A stretch of 19,722 bases of DNA, taken from the IMG/VR virus record IMGVR_UViG_2537562019_000014; one strand, written 5' to 3'. Below, one piece after another: positions 1 through 8,696 of this stretch (the stretch's first letter is position 1; every line of letters begins with the position of its first letter). The position numbers and the translations under genes are program-made. The notes beneath the pieces were generated by a model. That model was not told the DNA's origin, ran no database searches, and saw only the letters and a program-made list of their open reading frames with translations. This DNA comes from a virus (taxonomy: Duplodnaviria; Heunggongvirae; Uroviricota; Caudoviricetes).

Positions 1-37
1 ATTATACGCGCGTATAATGGGGAATTATGTGCTGATT
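1..37. repeat. Partial telRL (protelomerase target palindrome telO plus right flank), truncated by the window start
   Basis: Bases 1-20 ATTATACGCGCGTATAATGG are a perfect palindrome matching the recalled N15 telO core minus its first 2 bp; the following GGAATTATGTGCTGAT resembles the N15 telRL right arm; lies directly upstream of a TelN-like gene. Confidence 0.7.
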
Positions 38-200
38 TTCAGAACAAAGTCAAGGAACAAATTTTAACGTTCTGATATTGTGTTTTTATTTATTATCCGT
101 TATTGTGTTCTGTTAGTTTGTGCCTAAGTTAACGCGTTATTAGTTATCTTATTCTCAAATTGTGTTACGATAATCCGAGCGGATAATCAGGAGAGGAAAG

Positions 201-2102
201 ATGAGCAAAGTAAAAATCGGTGAATTAATAAACTCACTTGTTAGCGATGTTGAGTCAATAGATAACTCTGACCGTCCTCAAGGGGAGAAAACAAAAAAAA
301 TAAAGGCTGTTGCATTAAAATTTAAAAATGCATTATTTAATGACAAGCGAAAGTTTAGGGGGAAAGGATTAGAAAAAAGAATTACAGCCAACACATTCAA
401 TGCCTATATGAGCAGGGCCAGAAAACGGTTTGATGATAAACTTCATCATAGCTTTGAAAAAAATATACATCGCCTATCTGAAAAGTATCCTTTATATAAT
501 GAGGAGCTATTGTCATGGCTTTCTCTACCTGCTGCCGATATTCGCCAGAGAATGTCAGCTTTACAGGCAAAATTAAAATTAATTCTCCCTCTATCAGAAG
601 ATTTATCTAATATCAGAATTGGCGATAACAAAAGTCATAATAAGTTATTGAAATTATCAAATAAATATAAAGAGTGGCAATTCGCCATTTCTGATTTAAC
701 TAGCGATAACTGGAAAGATAAGCGCGATTATTTATATAAATTACTACAGCAAGGATCTGCCTTACTTGAGGAGTTGAATCAGCTAAAAGTTAACCATGAG
801 ATTCTCTATCATCTTCAACTAAGCCCTGCCGAACGTGCATCTATCCAGCAACGATGGGCGGACGTTCTGCACAATAAGAAACGTAACGTGGTGGTCATTG
901 ATTACCCTAAATATATGCAAGCTATTTACGATATTATAAATAGCCCTGCTACATTAAATAATCTAAACACTCGTTCAGGTATGGCTCCTTTGGCATTTGC
1001 ACTTGCTGCATTGTCAGGAAGACGAATGATTGAGATTATGTATCAAGGTACATTTACTGTTTCTGGTAAGTATACCGTTGATTTTTTAGGCCAAGCTAAA
1101 AAAAGAACTTCTGATGATATAACCAGAAAAATATATACATTATGCGAAGCAAAAACATTTGTTTATTTAATAAATGTACTTCGCTCATGCCCAGCAGCAT
1201 CTGATTTTGATGATGTCGTTAAAGGTTATGGAGATAACGACACACGCTCTGAAAACGGACGTATTAATGCCATATTAGCAAAGGCTTTTAACCCGTGGGT
1301 TAAATCATTTTTCAAAGATGACCGCCGTGTTTATAAAGATAGTCGTGCTATTTATGCCCGTATTGCGTATGAAATGTTTTTCCGCGTAGATCCTCGTTGG
1401 AAAAACGTAGATGAAGATGTTTTCTTTATGGAAATTTTAGGCCATGACGATGAAAACACTCAATTACACTATAAGCAATTCAAGCTGGCCAACTTCTCAA
1501 AGACATGGAGGCCAAATACTGGAAACGAAAATACCAGGCTGGAAGCATTGCAGCAGCTTGATGACGAAATGCCTGGATTCGCCAGAGGAGATGCCGGGGT
1601 TCGTCTGCATAACACAGTTAAGCAGCTGGTAGAGCAGGACCCCTCTATAAAAATCACGAACAGCACTCTAAGAGCGTTCAAATTTAGCCCAACAATGATT
1701 AGTCGATACCTGGAATTTGCTGCTGATGCTCTGGGGCAATTTGTTGGCGAAAACGGACAATGGCAACTGAAAATAGATACTCCAGAAATCGTTATGCCTG
1801 ACGAAGAAGAACTGGAAGCAATACCTGAACTGGCGGATGAATTGTCAGAGGATGACGATCTGGATGACGACGAAATTGAGATAGAGGAAGAGGAAGAGGA
1901 AGAGGAAGAGAGCGTAGAAGAACAGCAACCGCCTGCACCTTCTTCGCCTGTATCTAAGCCGGTATTTAAGCCGGTGAGAAATATTGGTGATGGCTCATAC
2001 GTTGTTGAGTTTCATTATAATGGCCAGAATTATGCGTGGTCCGGCAGTGCAAACAGCCCCATGTCAGCAATGCAGTTAGCATGGCTGACATATTTCGGTT
2101 AA
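201..2102 (+). CDS. telN: Protelomerase (telomere resolvase) TelN
   Basis: 633-aa ORF with AGGAGAGG RBS; length and N-terminal sequence (MSKVKIGELIN...) closely resemble N15 TelN (631 aa) as recalled; acidic C-terminal linker (run of E encoded by GAGGAA repeats); adjacent to the telO palindrome. Confidence 0.85.
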   Translation: MSKVKIGELINSLVSDVESIDNSDRPQGEKTKKIKAVALKFKNALFNDKRKFRGKGLEKRITANTFNAYMSRARKRFDDKLHHSFEKNIHRLSEKYPLYNEELLSWLSLPAADIRQRMSALQAKLKLILPLSEDLSNIRIGDNKSHNKLLKLSNKYKEWQFAISDLTSDNWKDKRDYLYKLLQQGSALLEELNQLKVNHEILYHLQLSPAERASIQQRWADVLHNKKRNVVVIDYPKYMQAIYDIINSPATLNNLNTRSGMAPLAFALAALSGRRMIEIMYQGTFTVSGKYTVDFLGQAKKRTSDDITRKIYTLCEAKTFVYLINVLRSCPAASDFDDVVKGYGDNDTRSENGRINAILAKAFNPWVKSFFKDDRRVYKDSRAIYARIAYEMFFRVDPRWKNVDEDVFFMEILGHDDENTQLHYKQFKLANFSKTWRPNTGNENTRLEALQQLDDEMPGFARGDAGVRLHNTVKQLVEQDPSIKITNSTLRAFKFSPTMISRYLEFAADALGQFVGENGQWQLKIDTPEIVMPDEEELEAIPELADELSEDDDLDDDEIEIEEEEEEEEESVEEQQPPAPSSPVSKPVFKPVRNIGDGSYVVEFHYNGQNYAWSGSANSPMSAMQLAWLTYFG

Positions 2103-2113
2103 AGCATACAGTA

Positions 2114-2137
2114 AAGGCACCGAATTAACGGTGCCTT
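2114..2137 (+). terminator. Stem-loop after telN, possible intrinsic terminator
   Basis: AAGGCACCG-AATTAA-CGGTGCCTT perfect 9-bp stem 11 nt after the telN stop, followed by a weak GTTGTGTG tract. Confidence 0.4.
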
Positions 2138-2273
2138 GTTGTGTGACCTACCTCGCCTGCCCCCTGCAAAGGGCAGAAGTAACGGAGGAAACGCGGATGC
2201 AACCACAGACATCACCGCCCCGACTGCGAGGCTTCCCTTCTCTAAGAAGGGCATAAATTCGGGCTGGTCAACC

Positions 2274-2459
2274 CTATTTATTGGTGATTTCTGCTGGCTT
2301 TAGCTGCGCGGATAACTGCTCAAGTTTTTGAACTGCCAGTTCAAAATGCGCGGGTAAAGCATTGCAAATATCATTCGCCACAAACCACGGATCGCCGTTA
2401 ATCATCACTACACGTACCTGATGCTCTTCCTGAAAGGAAAAGACTGCTAACGCGCTCAT
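2274..2459 (-). CDS. Small protein with Bro-N-like N-terminal motif (61 aa), possibly a truncated antirepressor-family remnant
   Basis: Segment VRVVMINGDPWFVANDICNAL matches the conserved Bro-N core pattern; protein is much shorter than a full Bro-N domain. Confidence 0.4.
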   Translation of the reverse strand: MSALAVFSFQEEHQVRVVMINGDPWFVANDICNALPAHFELAVQKLEQLSAQLKPAEITNK

Positions 2460-2689
2460 TCAGCCTCCTTACCGTGCAGCAATTGCGACGAGAGCGATGC
2501 TGAATATCCCTGTGCTTCGTGTGTTAACTCACACGCAATTTGAAGGAGTTTCCCTGCTTCTGAGAGATAAATCGACGCCTCACAGCTGGAGACTGTCCGA
2601 TGGGCTGATGATACGAGCGCATAGACCTGAGCCAGACGTTCATCCAACGATTCCAGCAGGCCAACAGTGTTCATTTTTACCTGATTCAT
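2456..2689 (-). CDS. Hypothetical protein (77 aa)
   Basis: ORF with GGTGG RBS; start overlaps upstream stop and its stop overlaps the downstream start (ATGA at both junctions). Confidence 0.5.
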   Translation of the reverse strand: MNQVKMNTVGLLESLDERLAQVYALVSSAHRTVSSCEASIYLSEAGKLLQIACELTHEAQGYSASLSSQLLHGKEAE

Positions 2690-2850
2690 GCAGCCACCTC
2701 GCGCACCGGAATACGGGCAGACAATACCAGGACAAACCGGCTGGCGAACTGGCGACGAGCTTCCCGTTCAGATGACGCGATGGTGGAAAGATGATGGATG
2801 TGTGACTTTTTGTCTGTGCGAACGACTGCCGCAAATTTGAATTTGAACAT
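2686..2850 (-). CDS. Hypothetical small protein (54 aa), first gene of a coupled three-gene operon
   Basis: ATG at 2850 preceded by GGAG; stop TGA overlaps the ATG of the next ORF (ATGA); below the 60-aa cutoff of the ORF track; own translation MFKFKFAAVVRTDKK... Confidence 0.35.
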   Translation of the reverse strand: MFKFKFAAVVRTDKKSHIHHLSTIASSEREARRQFASRFVLVLSARIPVREVAA

Positions 2851-3147
2851 GGTATGCACTCCGTTTAATTGGTCGTGCTACCACCAGAGTTCTCACGCTC
2901 TTGAATGGTGGTAGCCCAAGCGGGGGTGAGAATACCGGCAAACGAAGAAACCGGCCTGACCGAAGTCAGCCCCGCCTGAGCCACCATAAATCGGATATGC
3001 GCAGGTATATACACACAAAAAAACACGCTGGCGCGTGTTGTGCGCTTCGTTTATCCGGGTTCTCACGCCCGGCTGCGGAATTTGCCGCAGCGGAGTAACT
3101 TTACCGTCAAAACGACGCACACGTCAATAATTTGCAAAGACATTTTA

Positions 3148-3167
3148 CCCCGTGACCAGTCACGGGG
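3148..3167. terminator. Strong hairpin downstream of the minus-strand operon, candidate bidirectional terminator
   Basis: CCCCGTGA-CCAG-TCACGGGG 8-bp GC-rich stem; T-rich on the plus side (GTGTTTTTA), moderately U-rich on the minus side. Confidence 0.4.
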
Positions 3168-3228
3168 ACAGGTGTTTTTATAGTTTGCTTGAACGAGTGA
3201 TCAGAAGTTGATCGTTAATCAAAGGCCA

Positions 3229-3516
3229 TTACGGATTAAGAGAGTGGAAATACCTAACTAACTTACCGGCATCATCACATTTTTCTTTATCTTCTTCCTT
3301 AACATAGCCGCGACAGAAGGCTGAATAAAATTTCGCATTTTCAGAAGCAAAAGCAGCCGTCGAAAGGAGCAGTTCTTTGCATGATTCTTTTGATGCAGCA
3401 TCGGGATTATTTTTACATGCAAGCTCCGCTGATGAGTTAATAACAGAAATGCTATCTTCCTGGGCATAAACCGCAGCAGAAAAGGCAAAACATAAAACCA
3501 AAATAAAACTCTTCAC
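3229..3516 (-). CDS. Secreted/periplasmic small protein with signal peptide (95 aa from the GTG start)
   Basis: GTG at 3516 preceded by AGGAGA with 4-nt spacer; N-terminus MKSFILVLCFAFSAAVYA then QEDS looks like an SPase I signal peptide; 4 Cys in the mature part; the ORF track extends to 3540 without RBS support. Confidence 0.5.
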   Translation of the reverse strand: MKSFILVLCFAFSAAVYAQEDSISVINSSAELACKNNPDAASKESCKELLLSTAAFASENAKFYSAFCRGYVKEEDKEKCDDAGKLVRYFHSLNP

Positions 3517-3543
3517 TTTATCTCCTGTAACAGTTATCACAAC

Positions 3544-3939
3544 TCAATCAACTTTTTTAGCATCAGCCATACGCTTCAACCAGTAATCAACAATCGGCTG
3601 CTCATCCACAGAATGTTTACCAGGTATAACTCGCCAGCTATCTTGCGAAAATCTGCCGTACTTACGCGGGAATAGGCCTTTCTTTATCTCCCGCCATGTA
3701 CTAGGAAAACCATCCACAAAAGTACCAATTAACAGGAGAGGGACAAAAATCAGAGCTACAAACCATCGTGCAAGAAAGTGTTCAACAACAACATTTTCAC
3801 CGTTGTAGTAATACGCATACGCATCCAATATGCGAATTTTCCTTACCTTAAAAATAGCCTTATGCTGAGAACGACTTAACTTGATACGAATGTATCCCTT
3901 ATCCAAAGGGGATTCGTATTTGTATGATTGAACAGCCAT
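3544..3939 (-). CDS. Hypothetical membrane protein (131 aa from ATG)
   Basis: ATG at 3939 lies 2 nt after the stop of the upstream frameshifted ORF; central hydrophobic segment WFVALIFVPLLLIGTFV. Confidence 0.5.
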   Translation of the reverse strand: MAVQSYKYESPLDKGYIRIKLSRSQHKAIFKVRKIRILDAYAYYYNGENVVVEHFLARWFVALIFVPLLLIGTFVDGFPSTWREIKKGLFPRKYGRFSQDSWRVIPGKHSVDEQPIVDYWLKRMADAKKVD

Positions 3940-3941
3940 TT

Positions 3942-4267
3942 TTAACCCCACTCACCATCAGCAAACAAAGCGTTATACTCTGACAATGGTAGACGGTTGC
4001 CCTCGATGTAGAGATTCAGTTCATACTTCGTCTCCGGGTTTTCCTTGTCGGCTCGTTCCCAACGCTCAGCAGCCTCACGCGCCAATAATTCCACTGCTTT
4101 CAGATAATCCTCCGTACGGAACCAGCCAAAGATAAGGCCACGATCTGTTACAGCCCAGGCAACCTTTTTTCTTCCTCCTGGATAGCCTTAATGCGTCGAT
4201 CGCATTCATCCCGGCAAAACTGCAGCTGACGGTAATCAAGTTTGTCCAAAAATGCAGTAGTAGACAT
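3942..4267 (-). pseudogene. Hypothetical ~108-aa gene interrupted by a frameshift at an A6 tract (indel, slippage or sequencing error)
   Basis: ATG at 4267 with GGAG RBS; frame stops at 4148-4150 after 39 codons; the -1 frame is open from the A6 tract (T6 on plus, 4165-4170) to TAA at 3942-3944; one extra A would fuse both parts. Confidence 0.45.
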
Positions 4268-4271
4268 ATTT

Positions 4272-4463
4272 TTACTCCCCGTTCACCGAAAAATCACGAT
4301 AGAAACGTTTCCACATACGATAAGTCTGCGCGAGTTGTTCACCACGAAACATCGCCTTCCTGGCCTTCATGTTTTCCTTGTGAGACTTTCGATCTATGAA
4401 CCAAAACCATTGCTGGAACACACAAAGCAAGAGACACAAAGATAATATCCACTGATTACCCAT
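4272..4463 (-). CDS. Small membrane protein (63 aa) translationally coupled to repA
   Basis: ATG at 4463 overlaps the last codons of repA (TATGGGTAA); hydrophobic N-terminus WILSLCLLLCVFQQWFWFI followed by a basic tail; stop lies 4 nt before the next start. Confidence 0.45.
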   Translation of the reverse strand: MGNQWILSLCLLLCVFQQWFWFIDRKSHKENMKARKAMFRGEQLAQTYRMWKRFYRDFSVNGE

Positions 4464-7400
4464 AGAAAGCGCCCTGCTCTTCGTAGCTGCATGGGCTATT
4501 CCCGGTAATGTATTCACGTAACCGCCGCAGTTCATTGCTGGATAAGTGATCCATGAACTCTGTGAGGTACAGAGATGCAAACGTCATAGCTATGCTGGCT
4601 GATGACCATGATGACATAGTGGCCAGCTCCTCACCGGAAAGCGCACTCATCGCCCAGGACTCAGGTACAACCACTGGCAACACAGCCAAAGCCTCAGAAA
4701 TTACTGAATGAGGGGCGTTTTGAACCTGCTCGTTTGTGGATCGCGTTTTATCATCCATATATATATTGAGATCCAAATCGCGATCCATTTCGATGGCGGT
4801 CTTCTCGGCTTTACGCGTTTTCAGGGTTAGGCCATCTTTCTGACGCTGAGCAAGAATATCCAGCATAAATGCCGCTGATTCAGGCTCAACAAAACGCAAG
4901 GTTGGACGCTTATCGCCGTCTCTGCCGCGACGTTTACCTGTTTTAAGGCCAAGAGAGTCGCAAATGTTTTTAAACAACGCTTCCGGCACTTTAGGCTTCC
5001 CTTTTGGCGTCATAAAACCACCAATGTGCAGAACGTTATTCAACAGGTCACGGCGTTCGGCTGTCATGAGGTTATCTCGAGCAAATTTGAGACGCTCCTG
5101 AGTCGCCTCGCCGGTCATAGTCTCAGGGTTGATACCGCAGTCGATAAAGTACTGCCGGAGAGTTGCTGATTTAAGCGCATAGAAACCGCGCGCCCCGACT
5201 TCAACAGTAGGAGTAGCTTTTACCTTGTGATCGATTATTCCAGGGAATTTAGTTTTAAAGACATCATCAGCCTGCTCGCGAGTCATCGCGGTCACTACAA
5301 AATATTGCCACTGTCCCGCCTGACGGTATGCGTAGGTAAAATTGATGGCTGCTTCTTCCCGGTCGTAACGACGAGCTGTTACCTCATCTAAAAGCATTGT
5401 TTCATAGCGGCGAACTTTGTCTCGAGCACCATCGAAATAGAATTTCAGCGTGCCTTCTTCAACCGGTAGTTTCAGTTCGTTTTCAATATCCCAGCGGACA
5501 AGTTTTGCCTGTTCTTCAAGCGTCAGCGCGCGTTTTTTTAGCAGTTCTTCACGCTCTGATTCTTGTGGAGTTTCTGTATTGAGATGCAGATCCAGTGTCT
5601 GTTCCCACACAATATCCCGCGCTTCTTTACGCAGCTCTTTACCGATATCATTCGCAGCATAATCGGTGGCCAGCGGCGATACCTTATAACCGTCGCTGTG
5701 CATGATGCAGATCATGTTGCTGGCGTAGTCGTTACGCGCAGTCGCTTCAATAGCGGCTGCTTTAATTTTCATCCTGGTAAAGTCGGTATTGGCCACCCCC
5801 ATTGATATACGGTCGCCATCGAAAACGACATCCGTCAGTTCACCGTTCATACCTGCGGTAGCAAGCAATGCCTGGGCGAATGCTCGTTCTATTTTTTGCG
5901 GGTCAGTTTCACGTTTTGCACGAGCTTTATCAAAGCCGATAATAAATTCTTTTGCTGTACGGTCGCGGCGTAGCATTTGCACTGCGTCGCTGGGTACAAC
6001 TTCACCACAGAACATGCCGAAATGACGGTCAAAATGTTTTTGCTCAATCGACACGCCGGATGAAATAGACGGGCTATAAATCAGGCCGTCGTATTTTTTG
6101 ACCATCTTTTTCGGTTGATTGGTAAATGCTTCAACTTCTGGCTCTGGTTTGTTTTTCTGGTTTACACACAGAAATTTCTTACCAGGAAAATGCATTCTCA
6201 GGGTGGCTGTCACATCTTCTGCAAAGGTGGAGCTGTCGGTGGCCAACATGATTTTTTCGCCATCCGATACAGCTTTCACCACCTCGGTCATGATGCGATC
6301 TTTTTCTGTATAAAAAACCCGGATTGGCTCACCTGTTTCGCGGTTGCGAACATCAACAGGTAATTCAATTACGTGGATCTGCAGCCATGCCGGTAAACCT
6401 AGTTCTTCACGGCGTTTCATAGCCAGTTCAGCCAGGTCAACCAGCAGATCATTCGCATCAGCATCCACCATGATTGGGTGTTGTTCTGTTCTGGCCAGCG
6501 CGTCAATTAGCGTATTGAATACAGCCACCGGGTTTTCCATAGCCCGACCGGAAAGAACGGCACGTAGCCCTTGTGTGGCCTCGTCAAAGCCAAAATAGTC
6601 GTGCTGGCGCATCAACGGTTGCCAGCAGTTTTTAACAATCGAGTTTATGCAGATGGTCAGTTTACTGGCGTATGGAGCCATTTCCTGATAGCCAGGATCC
6701 TGATAGTGCAGGATATCGGCTTTTACACCTTTTCCTTCTGTCATCATTTCCCACAGGCCGCCAATAAGGGAGACACGGTGAGCAACAGAGATACCACGTT
6801 CTGAGCTATGCATTAACGGTCGTAACAATCCAGTAGATTTGCCGGAACCCATACCAGCACGGACGATGACTATCCCCTGTAGTGATTGCACGTACTTCAG
6901 GACATCATCGGTCATTACCGAAGTTTCAAAACGCTTATAGGTGATATGTTGAGGGCGTTTATTGGGATCAGTTATGCGTTCGCTGAAAGAGCGCGGAGCC
7001 TGGGCAATACGGCACTTTTTATTCAGGCGACGGGCAATGTGGTCTTTTACCGTAGCGCGATAGATATTTTCCAGTCCCATTTCACGCAGAACGATGCAGA
7101 ACATGTTAAATAAATCTGACGGACTGTTAGGAACCGGACAGGTTAGCATGCCAATATCCACCGCTCTCAGCAGCTCTTTGGCAAAAGTACGACGGTTATC
7201 CCGCTTAATTGTCTTCAGGCGGTTGAGCGTCAGAGATAGCAAATCAGTACCAGTTTTCAGGCGGTTTGCTGTTGCAAATAGTTGACGTGCTGTTTCACGA
7301 AGTCCACGTAGTTTGTGCAGGTCGTTGAAGTCACTGCACTCCATTTGCGGATCGTCTTCAAAAGTTGGATAGACGCAGCGGACATCGTTGAATTTCGATA

Positions 7401-8451
7401 AGATTTCATAGCCAGTCCGCAGGCCGGTATTCCCTTTTCCTTCTGTGGCAGATTTCCGGTCATTATCCAGTGCGCAGGTGATTTTTGCCGCCGGGTACAT
7501 GTTTACCAGTTGTTCCACAACATGAACCATGTTGTTAGCGGATACAGCGACAACCACAGCGTCAAAGCGTTTATCTTTTTTCGTGGCAAGCCAGATGGAT
7601 GCACCAGTAGCAAAACCTTCTGTAACAGCGATGTTTTGCGCCCCTTTCAGCTCACCGATAACAAAGCAGGCACCGACGAAATCGCCGCTGGTTACTGCGC
7701 TGGTCTGGTATTTTCCACCTTGTTTGTCGATTCGCTGCCAACCCACAATACGACCATCGTAACGACCGTCCAGGTGAGCCAGAGGGATAGCCATATACGT
7801 GGTTGGCCCCCTGCTCCATTTTGCGCTGTCGTGACTGGTCACGCGACGCACATCACACGAATTAAAAACGTCACGAATACCTTTTTTAATCGCATATGGC
7901 CATGAGCCGTCTTCTGCAGGAGCATGTTCCCACGCGCTGTGAAATGCCAGCCATCCCAGCAAACGTTCATGGTCAATTTGGTTGTTTTTCAGGTCATTAA
8001 TTCGTTTTTGTTCTTCACGGCGACGACGTGCTTCGGCCTGACGTTCTATTCTTGCCCGTTCTTCTTCCGGTTGTGCGACCACGGTCGCATTATTCCGTTG
8101 TTGCTCACGGCGATATTCAGAAAACAGGAAGGAGAAACCGCTCCATGAGCCAGCATCGCTGCCTTTATGGACGAAGTTAATGAACGGGTAATCAATCCCT
8201 TTGCTGTGTTCCAGCCGGGAGTAAATTTCTACGCGTCCTTTGAGGCTCTTCTCGAGAGCTTCTGGAGATGTTTTATTGTATGAAGAGTAACGCTCAACAC
8301 CCCCGCGAGGGTTGAGTTGGATGTTGTCGGAACAGGCAGGCCAGTTGATACCAGCCATCTGTGCCAGCTCGGTTAGTTCATCCCGTGCTGCTTCAATTAG
8401 CGAGAACGGATCGCTGCCAAAGCGATCCGCATAGAAATCGTTTAATGTCAT
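4456..8451 (-). CDS. repA: Replication protein RepA, multidomain primase-helicase
   Basis: 1331-aa ORF; Walker A motif GMGSGKST; TOPRIM-like primase region; size and position match N15 RepA (about 1324 aa) located between telN and cB. Confidence 0.85.
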   Translation of the reverse strand: MTLNDFYADRFGSDPFSLIEAARDELTELAQMAGINWPACSDNIQLNPRGGVERYSSYNKTSPEALEKSLKGRVEIYSRLEHSKGIDYPFINFVHKGSDAGSWSGFSFLFSEYRREQQRNNATVVAQPEEERARIERQAEARRRREEQKRINDLKNNQIDHERLLGWLAFHSAWEHAPAEDGSWPYAIKKGIRDVFNSCDVRRVTSHDSAKWSRGPTTYMAIPLAHLDGRYDGRIVGWQRIDKQGGKYQTSAVTSGDFVGACFVIGELKGAQNIAVTEGFATGASIWLATKKDKRFDAVVVAVSANNMVHVVEQLVNMYPAAKITCALDNDRKSATEGKGNTGLRTGYEILSKFNDVRCVYPTFEDDPQMECSDFNDLHKLRGLRETARQLFATANRLKTGTDLLSLTLNRLKTIKRDNRRTFAKELLRAVDIGMLTCPVPNSPSDLFNMFCIVLREMGLENIYRATVKDHIARRLNKKCRIAQAPRSFSERITDPNKRPQHITYKRFETSVMTDDVLKYVQSLQGIVIVRAGMGSGKSTGLLRPLMHSSERGISVAHRVSLIGGLWEMMTEGKGVKADILHYQDPGYQEMAPYASKLTICINSIVKNCWQPLMRQHDYFGFDEATQGLRAVLSGRAMENPVAVFNTLIDALARTEQHPIMVDADANDLLVDLAELAMKRREELGLPAWLQIHVIELPVDVRNRETGEPIRVFYTEKDRIMTEVVKAVSDGEKIMLATDSSTFAEDVTATLRMHFPGKKFLCVNQKNKPEPEVEAFTNQPKKMVKKYDGLIYSPSISSGVSIEQKHFDRHFGMFCGEVVPSDAVQMLRRDRTAKEFIIGFDKARAKRETDPQKIERAFAQALLATAGMNGELTDVVFDGDRISMGVANTDFTRMKIKAAAIEATARNDYASNMICIMHSDGYKVSPLATDYAANDIGKELRKEARDIVWEQTLDLHLNTETPQESEREELLKKRALTLEEQAKLVRWDIENELKLPVEEGTLKFYFDGARDKVRRYETMLLDEVTARRYDREEAAINFTYAYRQAGQWQYFVVTAMTREQADDVFKTKFPGIIDHKVKATPTVEVGARGFYALKSATLRQYFIDCGINPETMTGEATQERLKFARDNLMTAERRDLLNNVLHIGGFMTPKGKPKVPEALFKNICDSLGLKTGKRRGRDGDKRPTLRFVEPESAAFMLDILAQRQKDGLTLKTRKAEKTAIEMDRDLDLNIYMDDKTRSTNEQVQNAPHSVISEALAVLPVVVPESWAMSALSGEELATMSSWSSASIAMTFASLYLTEFMDHLSSNELRRLREYITGNSPCSYEEQGAFYG
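4737..4787. other. Candidate replication origin inside the 3' end of repA
   Basis: 9-bp inverted repeat TGGATCGCG / CGCGATCCA flanking a (TA)5 AT-rich core; three GATC sites within 50 bp; N15 ori is known to map within the 3' part of repA. Confidence 0.3.
8072..8089. repeat. SopB-type centromere-like palindrome, copy 1 (inside repA coding sequence)
   Basis: TGTGCGACCACGGTCGCA, 7-bp inverted arms with AC centre; closely resembles the F sopC SopB-binding repeat TGGGACCACGGTCCCA; one of four copies in the window. Confidence 0.55.
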
Positions 8452-8574
8452 TTTTTAGCCATTCCATGCGAATTATGTTTTTTCGGGTTGAAAAAATCCG
8501 CAGGAGCAGCCACAATAAACGCATCTTGAATTGACGGAATCCGTCGCTTTGTTGTGGCTGCTTCCTGAAAAGGA

Positions 8575-8602
8575 CCCGAGTTTGCCGACTCGGGTTTTTT
8601 TT
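8575..8602. terminator. Bidirectional intrinsic terminator between cB and repA
   Basis: CCCGAGT-TTGCCG-ACTCGGG 7-bp stem followed by T8 on the plus strand and preceded by an A-rich run (U-tract for the minus-strand transcript). Confidence 0.55.
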
Positions 8603-8696
8603 CGTCTTTTTTCTGCTGCTGTAACCTGAGTCAACCCACAGAACATATGCCCTGCATTAAACCAGATTTACAGCAAACAATAAACCCCGTATTAAG

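Noticed and set aside
1861-1910. Tandem GAGGAA repeats
   Set aside because: They encode the poly-Glu acidic linker of TelN; not a CRISPR array or independent repeat element.
2497-2834. ORF-track entries 2497-2775 (+) and 2640-2834 (-, TTG start)
   Set aside because: They overlap the better-supported chain of coupled minus-strand small ORFs (2686-2850, 2456-2689) in other frames.
2901-3120. Overlapping ORFs on both strands in the hairpin-rich non-coding stretch
   Set aside because: No RBS and low-complexity translations; more likely a structured non-coding region.
5397-8148. Numerous plus-strand ORFs of 61-131 aa inside the repA region
   Set aside because: All lie antisense within the long, well-supported repA CDS and lack RBSs.
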